NCBI GenBank assembly: GCA_050951325.1
Contig: JBMNIW010000012.1
Coordinates: 448,001 to 512,000 of the forward strand
DNA length: 64,000 nt
Source: Clostridia bacterium
GTDB lineage: Bacteria; Bacillota; Clostridia; UBA1212; DUPL01
Reading direction: 5' to 3'
A program made the translations under genes and the position numbers. The notes beneath the pieces were generated by a model. It was not told where the DNA came from. It saw only the letters and a program-made list of their open reading frames with translations, and searched no databases. Of this stretch, positions 20,168 to 29,815 are shown piece by piece. Position 1 is the stretch's first letter; every line of letters starts with the position of its first letter.

Positions 20168-20377
20168 TTACAACATTGTCGTTTGGTGTATATTGCAGAC
20201 ATGGCACCAGTGACAGGTGGAATAGCCGATGGAAAGAAAGACAGGCTTGTCCTCTGCCTTCGCCTTTACAATGGCTTCTTCACCCCAGGGAAACCAGTCC
20301 ACAGGATTGTATGCATGTTGCAACAAGTAGGGGGATTTCTCGTGAATCAGTCTATTGGCTTGTTTGCTGGTTGACAT
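20168..20377 (-). pseudogene. 5' fragment of yyaL/DUF255 gene (copy 2), truncated after CHWCHV
   Basis: [31 protein letters not shown]...[12 protein letters not shown] followed by unrelated residues. Confidence 0.88.
20193..20219. other. Putative LSR attachment junction (att-like), copy 2
   Basis: TTGCAGACATGGCACCAGTGACAGGTG, near-identical to 16027-16053. Confidence 0.6.
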
Positions 20378-20530
20378 CGGTATCACGTCCTTGATTTCTA
20401 GCGTTCTCATCACTATACGCATAACTTTGACACTTATTATTAGCGAGTCTCATATAACAAGTTGCTATTTGTATTATAACCTTTTTATGGTCTCTTTTAT
20501 TCTCGTCTTTCAGAGCTGTCCCTGCATACA

Positions 20531-21487
20531 CTATGCATAAATCAATTCATCATAAGGTATTCTTCTAACTAGTTCGAAATTAACAAGATATGTATCTAAC
20601 CTTTCTCCATGATATAGGTCAATACCATTTTCATTCAGTACTACTTTATATGATTCCCAATTATCTGGGTATAAGTCTTGAATATTCCATACCGGCTCCA
20701 TTGTCTCGCAATTAACAATTTCAGAGAAATAGAGTTCACCATGTTCCCATGTGTTCGTGGCTAATGCAAGGTATGTCACTCCATTGATACTTATAATCCT
20801 ATATGATAAACTGTCTTCCAAATAAGATATATCATATCTTTTACTTATAACTTCACCTGTAGTGCTGCCTGCTCAATGCCTTAGTGCAGGCGACTACCGC
20901 CCAGAATGCCTCATGGGAGCTCGCGGAAGTCTCCGGTCGGGAGCTGGTGCCCAGAATATATTGTCATCCATCCAATAAGCTATATAGTCTGTTCTATCAG
21001 GGAAAATAGTATGGTATATGTTATTTAAGATTTCTTCATTTTTAGTCAAATCCCTTATATATACATTTCTAACTGTCGGACTAGGTGTTTGTTGTTCTGT
21101 TTGGAATGGAGTCTTTTTCGGGGTGAGTATTGGTGTTGCAGTATAATTAGTTTGGAAATTTGGCGTTGTTTGAGAAGCAGGGGTAGGACTCACGCCAATG
21201 AATCGTTCATAAAGACTTGTTATCGTGTCCGGAAAAAGTATAACAAGCAATAAAACAAATAGTATTGCTGCTGTTGCTATGCTTGCAATCAAACTGTGCC
21301 TTTTTGGATATATATCAGCGCCAATCATAGAAGTAGTATTCATACTGTTAAGTTTTTCTATCTGAATGTTGTCTTCATTATTAAGAAGTTTAGTTATAGA
21401 CACAAATAACTTCTCGTTATCATTACTATCGTACTTTACTTTAGACATGAGTTCCAAATATTTATTTATACTATTATCATCCATCAC
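20531..21487 (-). pseudogene. Putative anti-sigma membrane protein split in two by a GC-rich insert
   Basis: ORFs 20894-21487 (single TM, Thr/Pro linker) and 20531-20821 are in the same frame; coupled to the ECF sigma gene. Confidence 0.55.
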
Positions 21488-21966
21488 TATTCCTCCTCAA
21501 TTCTTTTTTTAAGTTCAATCCTTGCTCTTCTCAGCCATGTACTTATTGTATTTATCTTTTTATCCAACAACTCTGCAATTTCGGGTACTGTATATTCTTC
21601 GTAATAGTAAAGATATAAGACGTTTTTGTATTTATCAGGCAGCTTCATTATTAATTCAAATATGTACCTATCCTCAGGTAATACAAAGAATTGGGTTGCT
21701 TCCCTTTCTTGAATTGATACAGTCCGTTTTCGCCAAGAAGATTTAGTGTGGTTTTTACACATATTTAGGGTTACTTTTATTAGCCATGCTTTTACATAGT
21801 TTTCGTTGTCAAACGCTTTCTTGCAAGTCATTAATTTTATAAATACCTCTTGGGTTATATCTTCTGCCACATAAAAGTCATTTGTGTTTTGTACTGCAAT
21901 TCGTAATATCATTGAACTATATTTCATTATCATATCACTTAGAGAACTTTCATCATATGTACCCAC
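21487..21966 (-). CDS. ECF RNA polymerase sigma-70 factor
   Basis: AEDITQEVFIKL, KAWLIKVTLN, LPDKYKNVLYLYYYEEYTVPEIAELL. Confidence 0.93.
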   Translation of the reverse strand: MGTYDESSLSDMIMKYSSMILRIAVQNTNDFYVAEDITQEVFIKLMTCKKAFDNENYVKAWLIKVTLNMCKNHTKSSWRKRTVSIQEREATQFFVLPEDRYIFELIMKLPDKYKNVLYLYYYEEYTVPEIAELLDKKINTISTWLRRARIELKKRIEEE

Positions 21967-22365
21967 GAAATCAAACTCCTTTTCTTAACATATATAAAAC
22001 AATTAACTAGACCAAAACCGTTCATTGCAGGAGAAAAAACTTTTAGTGATCAGTTTATACTTTTAATGTTACCATATTAATGCCTATTAATTTAGAGGCA
22101 ATTATGTAGATCTTGTACATCTTGCCATTGTCTGCCTTTGAGCTTGCAGCCAAGTTGCTTCCAGTCCTATTGCTGATTCAAGGTTTGAGTTAAGTTTTAA
22201 AAGGCTCTTCTAATTTTAGTATGTTTTGTCCAATTATATTGTTGTAGAAATGTATTCTAAAAATCAAAAACTGATTCCAGGCTGAATAAATAAGTAGGTC
22301 TTGTGTATTTTCATTTATTACATATTGTGATAATACAGTAATAAATATTAGTGGGGGGTTTTGTT

Positions 22366-23181
22366 ATGAGAATAAGAAATTTAGCTGTATTTTCTATTGT
22401 TATTGTATTGTTATTATCGTTTTTAGCCACATCGGCTTCAACTAGTGGGTATGTAACCGACGGTCTTGTTGCGTTATATGGTGGTAACAGAAACCAAGGC
22501 AACAAGCATGACAAGCAAAGTACTATATGGAAGGATCTGAGTGGTAACAATAATGACATATCTTTGACATTGGGCGACAATGTCAAGTGGGAGGACAATG
22601 GATTGTTTCTTGACACCATCAAGGTTTACTTGCCTGATGTCATTAAGGATACCATTAACGGAAACGAATTTACTGCTGAGGTTGTCCTCAACAACTTTAC
22701 ATCAAAGGCGGATAGCTTCAATACGTTCTTAAACAGCACCAATGACAATTTTGCATTGTACCGCAGAGTACCAAACGATGTCTTTATGTTTAAGAACAAC
22801 TCCAATGCAAGACCTGTAACTCCTGACGGAACGGCTCTTGACTATCTTTCTACCAGTGTAACTATTACCGTAACATACAAGGTTGGAGGCAAGGCAACTC
22901 TTTATGTCAATGGTGAAAAGCAAGGCGCCACGGACGCTGTAGTTGCAATTGGTGCCAATGATATGTATATTTGTATAGACCATCCTCAAAAGAAGTTCAG
23001 CGCTGTATATGAAGGATTACGTTTTTACAACAGAGAGCTGACGGCTGAGGAGGTTGCCCAAAACTATGAGGCAGACCTTAATCCTGTCAACCCTGCAACA
23101 GGTGTTGTTCCGACATTCTTCTACATGACGGTAGCACTGGGACTTGCAGGAAACGCCTTCAAGAGAAAGAAGGAAGAATAA
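22366..23181 (+). CDS. Surface protein with LamG/ConA-like domain and NPATG sorting-like signal
   Basis: Signal peptide; WKDLSGNNN, LYVNG, RFYNRELTAEEV; NPATG + hydrophobic stretch + KRKK. Confidence 0.8.
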   Translation: MRIRNLAVFSIVIVLLLSFLATSASTSGYVTDGLVALYGGNRNQGNKHDKQSTIWKDLSGNNNDISLTLGDNVKWEDNGLFLDTIKVYLPDVIKDTINGNEFTAEVVLNNFTSKADSFNTFLNSTNDNFALYRRVPNDVFMFKNNSNARPVTPDGTALDYLSTSVTITVTYKVGGKATLYVNGEKQGATDAVVAIGANDMYICIDHPQKKFSAVYEGLRFYNRELTAEEVAQNYEADLNPVNPATGVVPTFFYMTVALGLAGNAFKRKKEE

Positions 23182-23201
23182 TTAATTTTGTCTGCAAGAT
23201 A

Positions 23202-23230
23202 AAGGGCTGTAGCAAATGCTGCAGTCCTTT
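23202..23230. terminator. Bidirectional terminator
   Basis: AAGGGCTGTAGCA-AA-TGCTGCAGTCCTTTT between convergent genes. Confidence 0.6.
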
Positions 23231-23243
23231 TACATAATGTATG

Positions 23244-23861
23244 TCATTTTACTCTCGCTACTGCTCTTGCTATTGAGCTGTCAGCATTTATTCTTAAAGG
23301 GAAAGCATAGACTTCAAATCCGTCTGTTTCCAGCAGTTTGTCAAGATTTGTCATGTTCTCAATAATATAAATATTGTTGGATAGCAGCATTTTATGAATT
23401 TCAAAGGGATATTTGTCTGGAGAGGGCATGTCCATTCCAACCATTTTAATATTCATCCTCACAAGAAACTTGCAAAAATCCATATCCATACATGGATGAT
23501 TTTCATAATACTTGTCTGTTCCGTAATATTTATCAAATCCTGTGTACAAAAGGACAATGCAGCCTTCCTTTATTAAATCTTTATACTCTTCTTTCATAGT
23601 GATTACATCATGATATCTTACATCTAGCACACATCCCTCTCCAATTAACGATTCAAGTGGTATTTCGGAAACAAGTTGCTTGCTTTCAGTAAGATGCATG
23701 GGCGCATCTATATGTGTACCTGAATGCACACATATATTCAGTTTGAAGTTGTTGTATTCATCATGTTCATAGTATTTGATCTGACTTAGTTTAGTATTCG
23801 GATCGCCAGGATAGACAGGCATGCCGTTATGTATTACTTGTGATAAATCAATCAGTTTCAT
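23244..23861 (-). CDS. Cyclase family metal hydrolase (kynurenine formamidase-like)
   Basis: IDLSQ...PVYPGDP, HSGTHIDAPMH, IIENM. Confidence 0.9.
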   Translation of the reverse strand: MKLIDLSQVIHNGMPVYPGDPNTKLSQIKYYEHDEYNNFKLNICVHSGTHIDAPMHLTESKQLVSEIPLESLIGEGCVLDVRYHDVITMKEEYKDLIKEGCIVLLYTGFDKYYGTDKYYENHPCMDMDFCKFLVRMNIKMVGMDMPSPDKYPFEIHKMLLSNNIYIIENMTNLDKLLETDGFEVYAFPLRINADSSIARAVARVK

Positions 23862-23965
23862 CAGCTAATCTCCTTTGAAAACATACATGTTTCTGAAAAA
23901 ATACTTTATCTTAAAGCAATAAAAATGTAAAGGGTCTGTGTGATATGTATTATTTAAAGGTAGTC

Positions 23966-23997
23966 GTCGCATTAGTTGAAATATAAACTAATGCGAC
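23966..23997 (-). terminator. Terminator after codA
   Basis: GTCGCATTAGTT-loop-AACTAATGCGAC. Confidence 0.6.
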
Positions 23998-24003
23998 TTT
24001 ATA

Positions 24004-25260
24004 TCAATATTTTATCCCTAAATCAAGTGCAACTTCGTATTCAACAGGCTTTCTCTTGAATAGATATTCGCCTTTTCTGACTGAAGCAAGAACTGGGGCA
24101 CGATTTCTAATAACATCAAACGAACTGTCCCCGTCAAGGACAATGAAGTTTGCATCTTTGCTAGCATCAAGGCCGTACTTGTCCTGGATGTGCATGCAGC
24201 GTGCGCCATTGTATGTTATCAAATCCAGATCCTTTTCAATCTCTTCAGGGGACATGATTTGTGCAAGATGTATTCCATTGTCAAGAATGTACATCATATT
24301 TCCGTTACCCATAGGATACCATGGGTCGTTTATGGAGTCTTGTGCAAAAGCAATATTAATGCCAGCTTCCATAAACTCTTTTACTCGGGTCAATCCGCGG
24401 CGTTTTGGATAAGTGTCCTGGCGTCCTTGCAGATATGCGTTTTCCGTTGGGCATGCTATAAAGTTCATTTTGCTCTTTTTGAACAAATCCATCATTCTAA
24501 ATGCATATGAATTGTCGGCAGAGCCAAACGAGCATGTGTGGCTTGCTGTTGTCTTTTCGCCATATCCTTCCATAAGAACAACCGCATTCAGAAGTTCAAC
24601 AAAACGTGAATTAGGGTCATCGGTCTCATCGCAGTGTACATCAATGAGTTTGTCATATTTCAGAGCAAGTTCCAACGTGTCGTATATTGATTTCTCGCCA
24701 AACTCCCTGGCCGGCTCGTAGTGTGGTATTCCTCCTACAACATCAGCGCCCATTTTAAGAGCTTCCTCGACCAAATCACGACCGCCTTTGAACGTATACA
24801 TACCTTCCTGTGGGAATGCAACAACTTGAATCTCAACAATATTTTTTAACTCTTCTCTTAGTTCAAGAAGAGCTCTTAAAGCTGTGAAGTTTTTGTCTGT
24901 AATGTCCACATGTGTTCGAATGTACTGAACTCCCTGGGAAACCTCATCTCTGATTGCTTTTGTTGCAAGTTTCTTTACACTATCAACTGTCAATGTCTCT
25001 TTGAACTTTGGCCACATTTCAATAGCTTCGAAAAGGGTTCCTGAACCAGCGCCAGCCTGTCCAAGTTCCGACAAAGTGTATACGTAATCCAGGTGCAAGT
25101 GAGGATCAACATAAGGTGCTATAACCAGTTTTCCTCCCAGATCAATTACCTCGTCTGCAGGCCCAAGATTCGTTCCAATCGCTTTTATAACTCCGTTATC
25201 TACCAGTATTTCATTTGCGTCTCCATGACGATATATTACTGCATTAGTATATTTCTTCAT
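24004..25260 (-). CDS. codA: Cytosine deaminase
   Basis: DPHLHLD, GTLFEAI, GGIPH, DVHCDETDD, YPKRRG, QDSINDPWYP. Confidence 0.9.
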   Translation of the reverse strand: MKKYTNAVIYRHGDANEILVDNGVIKAIGTNLGPADEVIDLGGKLVIAPYVDPHLHLDYVYTLSELGQAGAGSGTLFEAIEMWPKFKETLTVDSVKKLATKAIRDEVSQGVQYIRTHVDITDKNFTALRALLELREELKNIVEIQVVAFPQEGMYTFKGGRDLVEEALKMGADVVGGIPHYEPAREFGEKSIYDTLELALKYDKLIDVHCDETDDPNSRFVELLNAVVLMEGYGEKTTASHTCSFGSADNSYAFRMMDLFKKSKMNFIACPTENAYLQGRQDTYPKRRGLTRVKEFMEAGINIAFAQDSINDPWYPMGNGNMMYILDNGIHLAQIMSPEEIEKDLDLITYNGARCMHIQDKYGLDASKDANFIVLDGDSSFDVIRNRAPVLASVRKGEYLFKRKPVEYEVALDLGIKY

Positions 25261-26191
25261 AATGTCCTCCTTTATTTAATCCTTTCCTAGAATCTTTTGC
25301 AGTTGGAATATTCATATTGATTAGCACAATTGATGCAAGCATTATGATTATTCCAACATAACCAACCACGTTTATTTTCTCATTTAACAGAAATACTCCG
25401 GCTACAGTAGCAATAACCACCTCAATGGAAGCAACTATTGTAGTCTTTGATGCATCTATACCCATTGACAGCCCTTTAAAGAAGAGAATGTTTGCCACAG
25501 TGCCACTTAGCCCTGCACCGGTGAATGACCAGAATAAAAATTCGCCGTTTGCAAACAGCTCCACATTGTTCCATGGTTTTGCAAAAAAGGCTGTTGCAAG
25601 CGAGCTGAATAGAAGCATATAAAATGCCATGGTGACAGAGTCATCACCGCTTGTCCCGATTTTACCAAGAATTGTACTGAGTCCATACAGAAATCCTGCA
25701 ATAAGTCCCAATGCCAACCCTAAACCTGAAATATTCAGCTCTGCAAAATTGCCTCCGGTTACCATAAGTGCACACCCAAACAGATTTAACGCCAGTGCAA
25801 ACACCTGATAACCCTTAAGTTTCTCTTTGAAGAATATTATAGCCATTATTGCTGTCCAAACTGGTGCTAGATACATTAGAATTGTAGATGTAGCCACTCC
25901 TACGAGTATCATGCTGGTGTCCAAAGACAGTTTGAAAATTCCTTTGGTTAGTACACCCAGCATAATACTGACCAATAGTCCTTTTTTAGATATTTTTAAA
26001 CCTTTGATACCTTTCTTTGCCAGTAAATAGATTAGTAATGTTGGCAGAGCCAAGAAATGACCTGCGAAAGCAGTCATTAGCGATGATGCACCCGCTTCAC
26101 TCATCTTTGTAACAAAAAAACCGCCGATGCCCCATAAGGATCCGGCTATGGCAACGAAAAGATATCCTTTTAGGTGTTTTCTTTTTTCCAT
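25244..26191 (-). CDS. DMT/EamA family transporter
   Basis: About 10 TM segments, duplicated EamA pattern, FFKEKL. Confidence 0.88.
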   Translation of the reverse strand: MEKRKHLKGYLFVAIAGSLWGIGGFFVTKMSEAGASSLMTAFAGHFLALPTLLIYLLAKKGIKGLKISKKGLLVSIMLGVLTKGIFKLSLDTSMILVGVATSTILMYLAPVWTAIMAIIFFKEKLKGYQVFALALNLFGCALMVTGGNFAELNISGLGLALGLIAGFLYGLSTILGKIGTSGDDSVTMAFYMLLFSSLATAFFAKPWNNVELFANGEFLFWSFTGAGLSGTVANILFFKGLSMGIDASKTTIVASIEVVIATVAGVFLLNEKINVVGYVGIIIMLASIVLINMNIPTAKDSRKGLNKGGHYEEIY

Positions 26192-26503
26192 AATAACCTG
26201 CCTTTGATAAATATTTGGTTATACCTATAGTATTACACAATTTTCTAATTGTATCAAATTTTTTGGAAACGCAAATAATTTATATAACAATTTTACTATT
26301 GCTCATAAACCTCTTGAGTGCTATTATGTGCCATATTAAAATTATTATGGGGGATAGAAATGGTAGTATTTGTTTTTGGCGTTGTGAAATAAATATTTAC
26401 GAAATAATGAATAAAGGGTGTTGTAAAAGCGTGTAAATTAATTTATAATAAATTTGAACAAAAAATTAACGAACAAAAAATTGTGAATAAGGAGGCAATT
26501 CTT

Positions 26504-27133
26504 ATGTCAAAAAAATTAATAATAACCATGGTTTTGGTTATGAGTATTATTGGATCAATAATGGCTTTTGCAGCACCTACTGATATTCCACTGAATGGAA
26601 CAGGTGCCGGGGTTGGTGCTCCACAAATTACAGCTACTGACCATCTTGGTGTCAAGTTTGCAGTTCCTGAAGGTAAAGTATTGCTTAAGTTCTCAATAGT
26701 AAATATGCCTACATATGAATCTAACAATGCATACTATACATTCAAGCTGTTTGCATGGAATACTGATTTTGATACTACAGTAAGTGGAACGCCATTGTAT
26801 ACAAAGAAGGTTGAGAATCAACACGATAATGTAACTGCCACGTTTGAATTCCCAGAGGCTCTTCCGGCTGGTGAATACCTGGCACATGTCAGCGAGGGTG
26901 GAGTAACCGAGGGTACTGGATGTCCTGCAGTCTGGACTTCAGGTCCAAAGGAAGGCGTAACCACTTTCTGGTCAGGTAAGCAAAGAGATGACTTTACCGC
27001 CAATGTTGCTATCACTGTAGATGATGCTCCAAATCCCCAAACAAGTGACAGTATATTAATTCTTCCTTTTGTATTGGCTGTAATGCTGCCTGTTGCAGTA
27101 TTAACAAATACAAGGAAAAGAGTGTCAGCATAA
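26504..27133 (+). CDS. Secreted beta-sandwich protein with NPQTS(D) sorting-like signal
   Basis: Signal peptide; C-terminal NPQTSD + hydrophobic stretch + RKR. Confidence 0.65.
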   Translation: MSKKLIITMVLVMSIIGSIMAFAAPTDIPLNGTGAGVGAPQITATDHLGVKFAVPEGKVLLKFSIVNMPTYESNNAYYTFKLFAWNTDFDTTVSGTPLYTKKVENQHDNVTATFEFPEALPAGEYLAHVSEGGVTEGTGCPAVWTSGPKEGVTTFWSGKQRDDFTANVAITVDDAPNPQTSDSILILPFVLAVMLPVAVLTNTRKRVSA

Positions 27134-27137
27134 CTTA

Positions 27138-27158
27138 AAGCCGGCGAGAGCCGGCTTA
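27138..27158. terminator. Bidirectional terminator
   Basis: AAGCCGGC-GAGA-GCCGGCTT. Confidence 0.7.
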
Positions 27159-27170
27159 TTATTACACTCT

Positions 27171-28430
27171 CTATTTTTTTATCTTGTCTTCATAACCTTT
27201 CTCAACAAGGACGGGACATTTTTTTCTTGCCTTGTATGCCTCTATGTATTCTTTCATCCAGCGGTAATACTGATCGCCATGACCGCCTTCCATTGGTTCG
27301 ATATCTCTACTGTATTCAATATTGTAGTTGTCAACAAAGTGAGATTCCGGTTTTCCATCACCATCTATATCAACCAGAAACCTTTGAGCAACCCATTCAT
27401 TCCACCAGGTTATAGTAACTACCTTTGGATGATACTCAAAAGCCCTTTTCCACTGATTATAGAAGGTTACTCCTCCATTTCTTCCTATGGCGGATTTGGT
27501 ATTGGACATGTAGTTTTCCTGCCTTGCAACATATACGCTAATGTGTTCATAGAAACCCAAGTCGTCCGCACATGGCACGGAACCGTCGTACAGGAATGAC
27601 CACTCGTGTTGTTTGAGCTGCTGGCCTTTTCTGAAAATTGCAACCGTCATCTGTCGAAGAGTTAAATTATCTTTATACTTGAATCTATCCACGCTGGCGA
27701 TTCCAGGCTCGTTTGTCAGTCTTGTTACAGCCATAAAGGGCTTTCCATCCCAGTATACCCAGCAGTCCTTGTACTTGTCGTTGGTGTAGAATTCTTCATA
27801 AACTCTTTTGGGAGTCGCCCACCCAATATTTGAGTCCACTCTGTTCCAGAAGACAACGTATGGTGTTTGCAACCCCTCTTCCCTCATTTCAACTATTGTA
27901 TCCAAGAGAGCGGTGCAGGATTGGGTGACCATCCTGTCCCAATAGCTGTTTTCAACGCCTGCCTGCCATGTTGTTGCCTGTGCATTTGTGTTATCGATGA
28001 TTATGAAATCAACACCTGCTTCATAAAGCTGTTTCATGTGAGCTCTTATTACATCCTTGTCATCGCTTCTGTAATACCCTAGAGCAGGCTTTGCCCAATA
28101 GTGGAAGGCGTGTTCAGGACCCCATTGTGGTGTTTCACCCTTTTTCTCCTGTTCCAATATTTCTGTGATGTTGTAGATTACCGGGTTTGTTTTGCTTACA
28201 ACAGGATTGAACCAGGTTGAGTAACAGATTGATACAAGGTCTTCCTTTAATGTTATGTCAAGGCCGTAGGATACTTCCTGATAATCCTTGTATCTCTCTT
28301 CCAAAGCTAATATGTAATCTGATTTTGGTGTAGCTGTTGGTTCGGGAGTGGGTTTTCCCGGCTGATTACTGCATCCAACAGCTATCAATCCAAGGGATAA
28401 AGCAAAGAAAGCAATAAAATATTTCTTCAT
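27171..28430 (-). CDS. Lipoprotein, GH99/GH71-like glycoside hydrolase
   Basis: Lipobox AVGC; HYWAKPALGYYRSDD, AGVDFIIID, ITWWNEW, SRDIEPM. Confidence 0.7.
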   Translation of the reverse strand: MKKYFIAFFALSLGLIAVGCSNQPGKPTPEPTATPKSDYILALEERYKDYQEVSYGLDITLKEDLVSICYSTWFNPVVSKTNPVIYNITEILEQEKKGETPQWGPEHAFHYWAKPALGYYRSDDKDVIRAHMKQLYEAGVDFIIIDNTNAQATTWQAGVENSYWDRMVTQSCTALLDTIVEMREEGLQTPYVVFWNRVDSNIGWATPKRVYEEFYTNDKYKDCWVYWDGKPFMAVTRLTNEPGIASVDRFKYKDNLTLRQMTVAIFRKGQQLKQHEWSFLYDGSVPCADDLGFYEHISVYVARQENYMSNTKSAIGRNGGVTFYNQWKRAFEYHPKVVTITWWNEWVAQRFLVDIDGDGKPESHFVDNYNIEYSRDIEPMEGGHGDQYYRWMKEYIEAYKARKKCPVLVEKGYEDKIKK

Positions 28431-28569
28431 GGTTATCCTCCGTGCTTGTTTTTCTTACATATATAATATGATTATTGCTGACAAAATACAAGGACAAAAG
28501 CAAATTTAAAACTTTATAATTCCCCTTTTCTGTGATATATTAGTTTTAAACGAATGAAGGGAGTCAATT

Positions 28570-29799
28570 ATGAACAAAAGGGTCTTGGCTAATGTTATTG
28601 CAGTAGTGTTGATAATCGTTGTCTTGTTCACATTCTACATGTTCATGTTTGCAAATACAAAAAATAATGATGGAAAAAACAGGCTGTTTGTACACAGCTC
28701 TTACGATTCATATACCCTGCAGGCCATGCAGTGGAGAGAAGGAAGAATAAAACTTGATAAGGACTACCCTTGGCTTGAACTTGCCATTTACAAAGGGGAC
28801 TATTATGTAAGTTTTCCCCCAACTCCAACAGTGCCCATGTATTTTCTAACTTTCATATTTGGCAGATTGACACCCAGCAATGCGGTGGTGATGATATACA
28901 ACGTGCTTTCATTTATTTTTGCATACCTCCTTTGTAGGAGAATGGATGTGTCTGTATTTGCGTCAATAGTTGGTGCGGCTTTTTCATGTATTGCTTCTGC
29001 ATGTCTGTTTCTATCGATGTCAGGAGGGGTATGGTTCATGGCTCAAATCATGGCAATATTCCTTACATTTGCCGCCATGTACTTTATGATGCTGGATAAT
29101 AAGGTGTGCTGGCATCTAGGCATGTTTCTCTTAGCCCTTTCTGTAGGGTGCAGACCCTTTCAAATCGTATATTTCGTATTCTTCATATACCTTTTGTTTA
29201 AAAGATATGAGTTTAAAATATTGAGGACGTGGAAGTACTTCATATCACCAGGAATTGTTGCCATCACCTACATGGTTTACAACTACGTCCGCTTTGACAG
29301 TATTTTTGAATTTGGACATAACTATCTCCCCGAGTTTACAAGGGATTATCCGGGAAACTACGGCAAGTTTAATTTAAGGTATGTAAAATCAAATTTTAAT
29401 GTGTTTTTTAAGGACCATCCAAAGCTTACTGAAAACGGCCTTGAATACAGCGAGTTTGGTTTCACCTTTTATATTTCCAACGTAATCTTTATACTTTTGG
29501 CTGTCGCTGTAATATGGTTTGTAATTAAGTGTTTAAAAGACTTTGAACCAACAAATGCAGTGGAAGTTGTCATGCTGTTTGTATTGGTTTGCATACATCT
29601 GTTTTTGATGCTTATGCATAGGACCACGGGAGCATGGCAGTTTGGTGCGCGCTACATGGCTGATATTATTCCAGGAGCTCTTCTTTGCATCCTATACTGC
29701 AAGAATGTGTTACATAAAAGGCCGTCTCCGCCTGTTTTAGCCCTTCTTGCATTTGGAACTGCTTTGAATATATTTGGAGCACTGGAAATGTATCTGTAA
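28570..29799 (+). CDS. Polytopic membrane protein, GT-C glycosyltransferase-like
   Basis: Many TMs; DSY, YYVSFPP, GVWFMAQ, VGCRP, QFGARY. Confidence 0.55.
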   Translation: MNKRVLANVIAVVLIIVVLFTFYMFMFANTKNNDGKNRLFVHSSYDSYTLQAMQWREGRIKLDKDYPWLELAIYKGDYYVSFPPTPTVPMYFLTFIFGRLTPSNAVVMIYNVLSFIFAYLLCRRMDVSVFASIVGAAFSCIASACLFLSMSGGVWFMAQIMAIFLTFAAMYFMMLDNKVCWHLGMFLLALSVGCRPFQIVYFVFFIYLLFKRYEFKILRTWKYFISPGIVAITYMVYNYVRFDSIFEFGHNYLPEFTRDYPGNYGKFNLRYVKSNFNVFFKDHPKLTENGLEYSEFGFTFYISNVIFILLAVAVIWFVIKCLKDFEPTNAVEVVMLFVLVCIHLFLMLMHRTTGAWQFGARYMADIIPGALLCILYCKNVLHKRPSPPVLALLAFGTALNIFGALEMYL

Positions 29800-29815
29800 T
29801 TTCAGGAGGGTTTGT

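Noticed and set aside
20873-20896. Pyrrolysine/selenocysteine read-through of in-frame TAG and TGA
   Set aside because: Two different stops 21 nt apart inside a compositionally foreign patch; an insertion scar is simpler
1-21966. Prophage or conjugative element
   Set aside because: No structural, terminase, relaxase or T4SS genes in the visible part; only recombinase and cargo
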